Source of the DNA: a virus
DNA: 38,230 bases
Strand: one strand, 5' to 3'
IMG/VR virus record: IMGVR_UViG_3300020045_004726
Coordinates: 1 to 38,230 of that record
Below the pieces are notes generated by a model, which saw nothing but the letters and a program-made list of their open reading frames with translations, did no database searches and had not been told where the DNA came from. The translations under genes were made by a program, and so were the position numbers. This document shows, one piece after another, positions 24,076 to 31,292 of the stretch (its first letter is position 1; each line of letters begins with the position of its first letter).

Positions 24076-24105
24076 AGTATAAACACGGTGTTTAGTATCT
24101 GTCAA
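24076..24105 (-). promoter_or_regulatory. PR-like early promoter driving the cro-like operon
   Basis: Minus strand reads TTGACA (24105-24100), 18 nt, TATACT (24081-24076). The ATG of cro lies only 7 nt after the -10 element. Confidence 0.6.
24080..24094. promoter_or_regulatory. Operator OR-a, a 15-bp palindrome TAAACAC-G-GTGTTTA
   Basis: A perfect inverted repeat that overlaps the spacer and -10 of the PR-like promoter. Confidence 0.7.
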
Positions 24106-24116
24106 CGTCGCGTGAA

Positions 24117-24131
24117 TCAACAAGGTGTTTA
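24117..24131. promoter_or_regulatory. Operator OR-b, TCAACAAGGTGTTTA
   Basis: Same T(A/C/T)AACA-N3-TGTT(T/G)A pattern. It ends 1 nt before the repressor ATG. Confidence 0.55.
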
Positions 24132-24132
24132 A

Positions 24133-24855
24133 ATGACTACTATCGACGAGATGAAACCTGATGCAAAACGCCTACTTGACGCCGCGCGCGACATAAAACA
24201 CGTGCAAGACTTCGCTGATATCGCCCGCCTGCTGGACGAATCCCAGGCCACAATGAGTAATTGGAAGAAGCGAGGAATCCCAAAAAATAAAACTGTCAGC
24301 ATCTGTAAAATAATTGGATGCAGGCCGGAATGGCTGGAAACAGGGGCTTCGCCGATGGTTGAAGGCGAAAATCTATTACTTTCGTCTAATACCATTCAAC
24401 TGAAATCAGGCGCAGAATCGAACGTTGATCCGGCCCCTGCTCTTCGTCCATCCCGGATGTTGCCCGTAGTCGGAGAGGTGCAAGGCGGAATGGACGGATA
24501 TTTGCAGGAACTGGAATACCCCGTGGGGTACGGGGAAGGCTGTGTCGAATACTACACGGGCGACCCCAATGCTTACGCCTTGCGAGTTCGTGGCGACTCA
24601 ATGCACCCTAGATACAGAGCTGGCGAGTTTGTCATCATCGAGCCAGGAATCCAGCCGCCAGAAGGGGAAGATGTGATTGTGTGCTGTAATGATGGTCGCA
24701 AGATGCTGAAGATTCTCAACTGGATTCGCGACGGAGAGGCGCAATTTCTTTCAGTTAACAACGGATACGCCCCACTGACGATGATGCTTGCGGATATCGA
24801 AACGATCCAACTTGTAGCTGGCAGCGCCAGGCGCTCGGCATTTATTAAGGGATAA
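24133..24855 (+). CDS. cI: CI/LexA-type repressor (HTH plus S24 peptidase autocleavage domain), 240 aa
   Basis: N-terminal HTH (ATMSNWKKRGIP). The C-terminal domain has RVRGDSMHPRY (Ser nucleophile) and a downstream Lys (GRKMLKIL). Confidence 0.9.
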   Translation: MTTIDEMKPDAKRLLDAARDIKHVQDFADIARLLDESQATMSNWKKRGIPKNKTVSICKIIGCRPEWLETGASPMVEGENLLLSSNTIQLKSGAESNVDPAPALRPSRMLPVVGEVQGGMDGYLQELEYPVGYGEGCVEYYTGDPNAYALRVRGDSMHPRYRAGEFVIIEPGIQPPEGEDVIVCCNDGRKMLKILNWIRDGEAQFLSVNNGYAPLTMMLADIETIQLVAGSARRSAFIKG

Positions 24856-24857
24856 TC

Positions 24858-25232
24858 ATGAAAACGCTATTTTATGTTTCTGTCGCTTCCTTGTTGATTT
24901 CCGGGTGCGCTCCTCTTACGCCACAGCAAGCCGCGAACTATCCAACTTACAATCTATGCAGAATTGCGACAGCTCCAGCGTCATCCGAAGATAGGCGAGC
25001 GTCGGCCATGGATGAAGTGAGGCGTAGGGGCGAATCGTGCAACGCGTATGCTGCCATGATTAGCCAGGAGCGTTCAGCGGCCATGGATTCTCTAGCGTCC
25101 TCTGGAGCGCAGATGCAACAGGCGAGCCGGCCCTATACGCTGGCAGCGCCCACCCCCCTTCCTATGCCCTCGCCTCCTACAAGAACGACTTGCCGCCGAG
25201 TTCTTGATACCGTGCAATGCGACTCGTACTAA
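24858..25232 (+). CDS. Lipoprotein, 124 aa, co-transcribed with the repressor (candidate superinfection-exclusion factor)
   Basis: Signal peptide with lipobox LLISGC. Starts 2 nt after the repressor stop and is followed by a terminator. Confidence 0.75.
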   Translation: MKTLFYVSVASLLISGCAPLTPQQAANYPTYNLCRIATAPASSEDRRASAMDEVRRRGESCNAYAAMISQERSAAMDSLASSGAQMQQASRPYTLAAPTPLPMPSPPTRTTCRRVLDTVQCDSY

Positions 25233-25278
25233 GCCCAATGAGCCGGCATTCCGCATAACCATTTCAGAACCACCATAG

Positions 25279-25300
25279 ACCGCTTCGGCGGTTTTTTTTC
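25279..25300 (+). terminator. Intrinsic terminator of the immunity operon
   Basis: ACCGC-TTCG-GCGGT followed by TTTTTTTT. Confidence 0.8.
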
Positions 25301-25339
25301 GCCTTGAATTCAGCGGGCAAAATTATTTCGCAAAAATAC

Positions 25340-25354
25340 TTAACACGGTGTTGA
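25340..25354. promoter_or_regulatory. Operator OL-a, TTAACACGGTGTTGA
   Basis: Same half-site pattern as OR-a. It overlaps the -35 of the PL-like promoter. Confidence 0.6.
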
Positions 25355-25379
25355 CTTAACTAAACAGCTTGTTTAGTAT
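25351..25379 (+). promoter_or_regulatory. PL-like early promoter driving the plus-strand early operon
   Basis: TTGACT (25351-25356), 17 nt, TAGTAT (25374-25379). Confidence 0.65.
25361..25375. promoter_or_regulatory. Operator OL-b, TAAACAGCTTGTTTA
   Basis: TAAACA-N3-TGTTTA palindrome lying in the spacer and -10 of the PL-like promoter. Confidence 0.6.
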
Positions 25380-25442
25380 TCACACATCGCAGCAAAACAC
25401 CAAGCGACGCAGTAAGCACCTAAACCAACCACAGGAGCAGCC

Positions 25443-25625
25443 ATGAAATCAAAAATTCTCGCCGAACTCAAAGCAGCGCACCAGATCATCAAAAACGCGC
25501 TGGCGATCATGACAGTTGCGCAAAAAAATGAATGGTCGCAGCGAAATGATGCTGATGGCCTGGTCGATCTCGGTGCGACCCGTGCGCATGAACGCGGGGC
25601 AGTTATCTCGGAAGCTGAGCAGTAA
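25443..25625 (+). CDS. Hypothetical early protein, 60 aa
   Basis: ORF track. ATG is preceded by ACAGGAG. Confidence 0.6.
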   Translation: MKSKILAELKAAHQIIKNALAIMTVAQKNEWSQRNDADGLVDLGATRAHERGAVISEAEQ

Positions 25626-25646
25626 AACAACAACCAAGGAGATGAA

Positions 25647-25940
25647 ATGAAGACAGTAATCGTATTGAAAGGCGTGCAGCTAGTCGTTGAATACGACTAC
25701 TCGCCGGCCGATCGCTCCGTAGGCTGGGGTGAAGAGGCCGAGGTCACATCGGTTCATGTTGCAAACGGACCAGACAGCAAGGAGTTCGACATTCTGATGC
25801 TGATCGGCTGGGACGACATGCGCTACCTCGAAGCGAAGTGCATCAAGGATGCAAAGAACGTTGATTTCGACGCTCCAGACGCGGACGACGGGCCGGATGA
25901 TTACTGCGCAGACATGGCCGAAAACAGGCGGGCAGCATGA
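25647..25940 (+). CDS. Hypothetical early protein with an acidic C-terminus, 97 aa
   Basis: ORF track. ATG is preceded by AAGGAG. C-terminal DFDAPDADDGPDDY. Confidence 0.6.
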   Translation: MKTVIVLKGVQLVVEYDYSPADRSVGWGEEAEVTSVHVANGPDSKEFDILMLIGWDDMRYLEAKCIKDAKNVDFDAPDADDGPDDYCADMAENRRAA

Positions 25941-26119
25941 ACGCCGTGCAGCGCCTGAACGAACGCATGATCGCCCGCCGCCGTGACGCATGCATCGGTG
26001 ACGTGATGATGCGCGAAGAACGTGCCCGGCTCAAGCAAGAGCGCAGCCTGTCGGATTCTGTAATGGACGCATACGAGATGACCGAGCGCGACGAACGGAT
26101 TAGCGAGGTATCGGCATGA
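25937..26119 (+). CDS. Hypothetical early protein, 60 aa
   Basis: ORF track. ATGA overlap upstream. Confidence 0.5.
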   Translation: MNAVQRLNERMIARRRDACIGDVMMREERARLKQERSLSDSVMDAYEMTERDERISEVSA

Positions 26120-26229
26120 GCACGACAGACGAATCCCAGGAGAAGCTGGGCGACAAGGTTGTATTCGGGATGGTTGGATTGTTGTTCGTGTGGATTTTTC
26201 TTGATTCGATGATCGGAGTGCTGAAGTGA
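26116..26229 (+). CDS. Possible 37-aa membrane micro-protein
   Basis: Hand translation MSTTDESQEKLGDKVVFGMVGLLFVWIFLDSMIGVLK. ATGA overlap upstream and GTGA overlap downstream. Confidence 0.4.
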   Translation: MSTTDESQEKLGDKVVFGMVGLLFVWIFLDSMIGVLK

Positions 26230-26519
26230 AAATTACGACGAAACAGCTAATCCATGCCAAGCGATCGGATTTCACAGGGGTTGTGTCCTACCACTTTTTT
26301 GAGTGCGACATGAGCGCGTATGGCTACGTTCCAGTAGTCGAGCAGGAAATCACAATTGACGTTCCAGACGAATTCAACCCGGTTGCCGCTGAAATTGAAA
26401 TGCTCCGTGCTGCGCAGAAGAAGATGCAAGCAGACGCCCAGGTAAAAGCGAATCACATCGAGGATCAGATTAGCAAGCTGTCATGCCTCGAATACACGCC
26501 GGAGGCCAGTCATGGATAA
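26226..26519 (+). CDS. Hypothetical early protein, 97 aa
   Basis: ORF track. GTG start 8 nt after GGAG. Confidence 0.55.
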   Translation: MKITTKQLIHAKRSDFTGVVSYHFFECDMSAYGYVPVVEQEITIDVPDEFNPVAAEIEMLRAAQKKMQADAQVKANHIEDQISKLSCLEYTPEASHG

Positions 26520-26694
26520 CGACGAACTCCACGCCAGGCTGTGCGAAATCCTTCTGAAACTCGTTCCGGTTCTGTGCTGCGACGATCTGCGCGACTTGTC
26601 GGCAGGCTGCGGCATCCCGGTTAGCGACTGGTACGGATCGTCTGACCAGCAGATCGAAGCGAAAGAAATCATCGAGTGGAGGAATGCAGCATGA
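26512..26694 (+). CDS. Hypothetical early protein, 60 aa
   Basis: ORF track. 8-nt overlap upstream. Confidence 0.5.
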   Translation: MDNDELHARLCEILLKLVPVLCCDDLRDLSAGCGIPVSDWYGSSDQQIEAKEIIEWRNAA

Positions 26695-27272
26695 AAACAT
26701 CAGACAGCATCGCCAAACTGGCCCCGGCTCTACTGGCCGCACAGAAGGAAACCCCAGAGAGTATGCGGCATCTGGAGTCTGTAGAAATTCCGAGGCTTGC
26801 TCGATTGTTCCCGAATCACACGCAAACAGTCTTTCAGCGATTTATGTCGTGGGTTGCTTATGGCTCATCTGATTGCTGGTTTTGGTACGGGAGCACAGAC
26901 GCGCTCGGTTATGGGCGGATGAAAGCAGAAGGCGAATCAAAAGCCCATCGGGTTTCATGGGTCTTGCATAACGGCCCAATCCCACAAGGCATGCACGTAC
27001 TGCACAAGTGCGATGTTCGCAACTGCGTAAATCCTAATCATCTGACTCTTGGCACGCACGCAGACAACATGCGCGACATGTCCGAAAAAGGAAGAGTCGT
27101 CAACGCAGATATCCGAGGAGAGAAGAATCCAATGGCGAAAGCGAATAATTTTATCGTCAGCAAAATACGGGAGCTTGCGGCGCTAGGTGAAAAACAAGCG
27201 CGTCTAGCCAAGGAGTTCGGATTGTCGCCTATGGCAGTTAGCCGGATCGTAAGAATGGAGACGTGGAAATGA
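26691..27272 (+). CDS. HNH homing-endonuclease-like protein with a C-terminal HTH, 193 aa; its first ~20 codons look like a relict Erf N-terminus
   Basis: GYGRMK...AHRVSWVLHNGPIPQGMHVLHKCDVRNCVNPNHLTLGTHADNMRD (HNH_3-type). ATG 26691 lies 8 nt after GGAGG, with an ATGA overlap upstream. Confidence 0.8.
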   Translation: MKTSDSIAKLAPALLAAQKETPESMRHLESVEIPRLARLFPNHTQTVFQRFMSWVAYGSSDCWFWYGSTDALGYGRMKAEGESKAHRVSWVLHNGPIPQGMHVLHKCDVRNCVNPNHLTLGTHADNMRDMSEKGRVVNADIRGEKNPMAKANNFIVSKIRELAALGEKQARLAKEFGLSPMAVSRIVRMETWK

Positions 27273-27826
27273 AGACTATAACCGAGCGGCTGGCATCAAT
27301 TCAATTAAAGCTTAATGCCCCTAAGTCTCAAGAGAATAAATTCGGCGGGTACAAATATCGATCGTGCGAGGACATTCTAACGGCCGTAAAGCCGTTACTA
27401 GAAGGGCTGGCCATCATCATATCAGACGAAGTTATTAGCGTCGCTGATCGCATTTATGTGAAGGCAACGGCCACTATCACAGACGGAGAGAACCACGTCA
27501 GCGCTACAGCATTCGCAAGAGAAGCAGCAACAAAAAAAGGAATGGACGATAGCCAGATAACCGGAAGCACGTCTAGCTACGCAAGGAAATACGCATTAAA
27601 CGGATTGCTGTTGATTGATGACAGCAAGGACGCTGACACGATGGACAGCAAGCCAGAATTGCTAAGTAATGACCAGCTTCAAAATATCGAATCTCTGATT
27701 GAAGAGGTTAAGCCAGACGTTCAAAAACTGCTCGCTGCATATGGCGTTAAATCGCTTCGGCAAATTGAGGCGTTCAACTATCTGAAACTCACACATCAAC
27801 TCGAACAAAAAAGGAAAGCGGCATGA
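27269..27826 (+). CDS. erf: Erf-family single-strand annealing protein (P22 Erf-like), 185 aa
   Basis: LNAPKSQENKFGGYKYRSCEDIL...YVKATATITDGEN...GSTSSYARKYALNGLLLIDDSKDAD closely matches my memory of P22 Erf. The ATG overlaps the HNH stop (ATGA). Confidence 0.85.
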   Translation: MKTITERLASIQLKLNAPKSQENKFGGYKYRSCEDILTAVKPLLEGLAIIISDEVISVADRIYVKATATITDGENHVSATAFAREAATKKGMDDSQITGSTSSYARKYALNGLLLIDDSKDADTMDSKPELLSNDQLQNIESLIEEVKPDVQKLLAAYGVKSLRQIEAFNYLKLTHQLEQKRKAA

Positions 27827-28308
27827 ATTTACTTATCGCAACGGGAAACATCGGCAAGGACGCCGAGCAGAAATACACGGCAGGCGGGGATTCCATCGTT
27901 TCGTTCTCGCTTCCGGTCAAGTCTGGATTTGGCGACAAAGCGAAAACCGCATGGGTTCGCTGCACGATGTGGGGCAAGCGCGGCGAGTCTGTTCTGCCCT
28001 ACTTGAAGAAAGGCGCTCTGGTCGGCGTGTCCGGCGAGTTCGGAATGAACGAATGGACGAACAAAGAGGGGCAGAAGGTATCTATGCCGGAATGCCGCGT
28101 TGCCGAATTGACACTGCTTGGTGGGAAGCCAAAGGCGCAAGAAGACGACGACCCGCATCAGTACGGGACGCCACAAGCGCAGCGGACAGCAGCGAAACAG
28201 GCACCGCAACGCAACGCGCAAGGAGCTCAAGGTGGTTCATTCGCTGACATGGACGACGATATCCCTTTCGCTTGCTATGGCGCTGGCCGTGCATGGCGCG
28301 TGATTTAG
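27823..28308 (+). CDS. ssb: Single-stranded DNA-binding protein with a 12-aa extension after the DDDIPF tip, 161 aa
   Basis: OB-fold N-terminus (LIATGNIGKDAEQKYT...WVRCTMWGKR), a Gln/Ala/Pro linker, then ...FADMDDDIPF followed by ACYGAGRAWRVI and the stop. Confidence 0.85.
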   Translation: MNLLIATGNIGKDAEQKYTAGGDSIVSFSLPVKSGFGDKAKTAWVRCTMWGKRGESVLPYLKKGALVGVSGEFGMNEWTNKEGQKVSMPECRVAELTLLGGKPKAQEDDDPHQYGTPQAQRTAAKQAPQRNAQGAQGGSFADMDDDIPFACYGAGRAWRVI

Positions 28309-28317
28309 GAGAACGAC

Positions 28318-28821
28318 ATGGCCGCACTTTACGAACTTGCAGCAAACTACCGGGCGCTTGCTGACGCGCTCAGTGAGTCCGAGCTTCCGCCCGAGGCGAT
28401 CGCTGACACACTGGACGGTGAAACGGGCGACTTTGACGAGAAGGTCATCAACACCGCGAAGGTTATTCAGAACATGCGCGCCGAGCATAGCGCTATTTGC
28501 GAAGCCGTAGATGAGATGGTCGCACGGGCCAGAAGGATCGCAAATCGGGCGAATAGTCTGGAAGGTTATCTTCTGTCGAATATGCAGCTAGCCAACCGTC
28601 AAAAGGTTAATTCGCCTTGGTTCGTGGTTAGCCTGACGACCAGCAAGCGGGCTATCGTTGACGACGCAGCCCTGATTCCTTCCGACTACCTGCGCGAAAA
28701 GCCAGCGGTTGCAGCCTACACGGAACCTGACAAGGCGCTGATCAAGAAGGCGATCACTGACGGCTTCCAAGTCCCCGGCGCGCACATCGAGCAGCATGTT
28801 GCCGTGAGCATCAAAGCATGA
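28318..28821 (+). CDS. Siphovirus Gp157-family protein, 167 aa
   Basis: MAALYELAANYRALADAL...DTLDGETGDFDEKVINTAKVIQNMRAEHSAI... fits that family. The usual neighbours, erf and ssb, are adjacent. RBS AGGAG. Confidence 0.7.
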   Translation: MAALYELAANYRALADALSESELPPEAIADTLDGETGDFDEKVINTAKVIQNMRAEHSAICEAVDEMVARARRIANRANSLEGYLLSNMQLANRQKVNSPWFVVSLTTSKRAIVDDAALIPSDYLREKPAVAAYTEPDKALIKKAITDGFQVPGAHIEQHVAVSIKA

Positions 28822-29180
28822 TCGCTCAATACTGCGCCTGTCCGATTCCTCTCGCTGCGCTGATGTTCCACACGAACAATCTGCCGCACCGTGAGCCAGT
28901 ACTAAACGTCCGGCTCGAAGCGCAAGACATGTCCGGTGATTACGTCAGCACGCAGTCAGTTCCGCGCAAGAGCCGCCAGAAACGCACTGATAGCCCGCAA
29001 GCTAAGTTGCTGTCGTTCATGAGCAGCAAATGGCAAATGGTTTCCGAGATATCGGAGAAAAGCGGGATGCACCGCGATTCGATTAACCGTGCGCTCAGTG
29101 GCAAGAAGGTCAGAAAGTTGGTCGAGAAGAAGGTGATTACTGACCAGAACCGTGAGCGCAACGTGTGGAGGCTGAAATGA
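28818..29180 (+). CDS. Hypothetical protein with a winged-helix-like C-terminus, 120 aa
   Basis: ORF track. ATGA overlap upstream. Contains ...MVSEISEKSGMHRDSINRALSGKKVRKLVE... Confidence 0.55.
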   Translation: MIAQYCACPIPLAALMFHTNNLPHREPVLNVRLEAQDMSGDYVSTQSVPRKSRQKRTDSPQAKLLSFMSSKWQMVSEISEKSGMHRDSINRALSGKKVRKLVEKKVITDQNRERNVWRLK

Positions 29181-29389
29181 CCTGCAAACGTGAGTCCGAA
29201 CTTCTCGCAGAGATCGAGCAAACTGGAGCGATGTACAAAGTCGCAACCCTGCAACTCATCAAGGCCGGATCGCGTATCGCTGAACTGGAATCGCTGAATG
29301 GTGCGCTGTGCCGGGATAACGCGGGGCTGACGCAGGAGCGCGACCGTCTAATCCTTGGCGAAGAGGGAGCAAAGGAGGCGTGCCGGTGA
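29177..29389 (+). CDS. Hypothetical coiled-coil protein, 70 aa
   Basis: ATG 29177 follows GGAGG and forms an ATGA overlap upstream. The track start at 29165 is a GTG inside the upstream gene. Confidence 0.5.
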   Translation: MTCKRESELLAEIEQTGAMYKVATLQLIKAGSRIAELESLNGALCRDNAGLTQERDRLILGEEGAKEACR

Positions 29390-29423
29390 CCGAGATACTT
29401 GATGACTTGAAAGGGGTATGTAG

Positions 29424-29858
29424 ATGACCAAAAAGTTAACCGCAGCAGACCTTGACCGACTTGTTAATGGGCGCGATGACCTTCAACTCGCTTTCTCCCG
29501 CTGCAATGAAACGAAGACCGCGCTGCAAATGAATCTGCGCGGGGCTCACAAGGAGCGCGATGGGCTGGCAGCGCAGAATCAGGCGCTGCGGGATGCCCTG
29601 AAAGCGTGCTTGCAGTGTTTTGCAGAAATGTATGGCAGGAAGCCTGGGTTCGTTGAGGACTCAATCGCTATGGCGAACGAAGCCCTCGCCCTCCCCGACA
29701 CCTCCGCCGAAATCCTGCGCGCTCGGGATGCGAGAGTGCTGCGGGATGCGGCTGAGCGTCTGGAGTCTCACGACTTTGTTATGAATAGCTCAGGAAAGTG
29801 GTACGCAGAAGCAAGCGAACTTCGGCGCATGGCTGATGACCTGGAGCAGAAGAAATGA
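29424..29858 (+). CDS. Hypothetical coiled-coil protein, 144 aa
   Basis: ORF track. Purine-rich RBS (AAAGGGG). Confidence 0.6.
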   Translation: MTKKLTAADLDRLVNGRDDLQLAFSRCNETKTALQMNLRGAHKERDGLAAQNQALRDALKACLQCFAEMYGRKPGFVEDSIAMANEALALPDTSAEILRARDARVLRDAAERLESHDFVMNSSGKWYAEASELRRMADDLEQKK

Positions 29859-30061
29859 AATCACTTCACCTTGCCGCCGTTCTCGGGCTGGTTGCCGGAA
29901 TGAATTCCCCGTACGACCGGCCTTCCGTCTATGACGGGATGCGCAGGTCCACCCCAATAAACACCGAACGCCGCGCCGAGAAAGACGCTGCAGCATTGCG
30001 CAAGGCTCAGGTCAAGCGCGACCGGAAGAACGCAAAACGGATGGAGCAAGCAAATGGATAA
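29855..30061 (+). CDS. Hypothetical basic protein, 68 aa
   Basis: ORF track. ATGA overlap upstream. Confidence 0.5.
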   Translation: MKSLHLAAVLGLVAGMNSPYDRPSVYDGMRRSTPINTERRAEKDAAALRKAQVKRDRKNAKRMEQANG

Positions 30062-30644
30062 GCAACTAATCGAACGTATCGCGCTGGAAGAAGTAATGGG
30101 CAGTCTGTTGAATGAGCATCTATGGCTTGATGACCGCGACAGCACAGAAAAACCCGCCGTAGTCGAATTCGCCACCCATTTCCTCACCCGCATCGACGCC
30201 GAGCGCGGGAAGTCTTCCCCGCGATTCCAGTGCTACTCAACAAATGACGGCGATAGCTGGTATGAGCATCCCGCTGATGCCGAGCTTCTGAATGATGTTG
30301 GGGCGCATAACGTCGGCGATGAATTCGAAGTTAGCGCCGGCTGGCATTGCGTCACAGCGCGTTATCGCGTGGCAAAGATACCCGACCAAGCCGATGATGA
30401 ATTCGAGGTCGAGTGCATATCGCACCCGAATGAAAATGCCCCGCTATTCCTCTCCCCGACTCCGACGATCCCGGCAGACTTCTCGCTGTACCTCGAATCG
30501 GCGATTATCTCGGACCAACACGCCAAATGGGAAGATGCCACGATTCTGGCCGATGACGACCCGAGCTACGACACATTCTGCGGAGGGTGGAAGGCTGCAT
30601 TCAAGCTGCTCGCCGCAGCACAAGGAGAACGGAATGCTGACTGA
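30054..30644 (+). CDS. Hypothetical acidic protein, 196 aa
   Basis: ORF track. 8-nt overlap upstream. Confidence 0.6.
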   Translation: MDKQLIERIALEEVMGSLLNEHLWLDDRDSTEKPAVVEFATHFLTRIDAERGKSSPRFQCYSTNDGDSWYEHPADAELLNDVGAHNVGDEFEVSAGWHCVTARYRVAKIPDQADDEFEVECISHPNENAPLFLSPTPTIPADFSLYLESAIISDQHAKWEDATILADDDPSYDTFCGGWKAAFKLLAAAQGERNAD

Positions 30645-31083
30645 TGAACGGATAAACGAATTGATCTACACGAAAGGTTACGCAACACGCGAAGAACTGT
30701 GCCGAGCAATCGAGGCCGAAGTCCTGCAAGCACAGGAGCCGGTAGGAGCATTCTACTGTACAAGCGACAAAACCCGATGGTGGCAAGCAAACGAGCCATA
30801 CGAGTACCCTACACACAAGCTCTACGCCACCCCGCAGCCACCAGCGCCGTGCCCTGAAACAGAATCAGCAGTTCGATATTTGAAAGCAGTACAACAGATG
30901 GACGCTGCCGAGATTGCAGAACTAAAAGCCAAGGTCGTCGAGCAATCCGCGCTGATCGAGCGATGCCTAGACGCGCTATCAATGCCATGCGACCGCTGGA
31001 ATAAGCGGCAGTCGATGATAGTCAGCGATGTTCTGGAAGCCATCGCCGCCATCGTAGCGCACAAGAAAGGCATTGCAGAATGA
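30634..31083 (+). CDS. Hypothetical protein, 149 aa
   Basis: ATG 30634 is preceded by AAGGAG. The rest of track ORF 30292-31083 overlaps the previous gene and is rejected. Confidence 0.6.
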   Translation: MLTDERINELIYTKGYATREELCRAIEAEVLQAQEPVGAFYCTSDKTRWWQANEPYEYPTHKLYATPQPPAPCPETESAVRYLKAVQQMDAAEIAELKAKVVEQSALIERCLDALSMPCDRWNKRQSMIVSDVLEAIAAIVAHKKGIAE

Positions 31084-31292
31084 TCACTACAACCGATCGA
31101 TTTGAGCGGCTGCTGCGGAGGGCTGATGCTGGCGCGCTCACAGCCATGCGCCAGGAGCGCCAAGAGAGGATTTCTTTGCTGGACAAATTTGCGGGCACAG
31201 AGGGTTTTGAAGTGCAGATAAAAACGCTTGAGGATGATATAGAGCAGCTAGATTCGGCGCTTGATGCAGCCATCGCAAAGGACGCGCCATGA
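31080..31292 (+). CDS. Hypothetical protein, 70 aa
   Basis: ORF track. ATGA overlap upstream. Confidence 0.5.
   Translation: MITTTDRFERLLRRADAGALTAMRQERQERISLLDKFAGTEGFEVQIKTLEDDIEQLDSALDAAIAKDAP

Noticed and set aside
23763-24095. A 110-aa plus-strand ORF across the cro-like gene and its terminator.
   Set aside because: It is antisense to the better-supported Cro-like HTH gene, spans the terminator hairpin and has no RBS.
30292-31083. A 263-aa track ORF that overlaps gene 30054-30644.
   Set aside because: Only the part from ATG 30634 (AAGGAG RBS) is non-overlapping and plausible. The upstream part is Arg/Ser-rich out-of-frame sequence.
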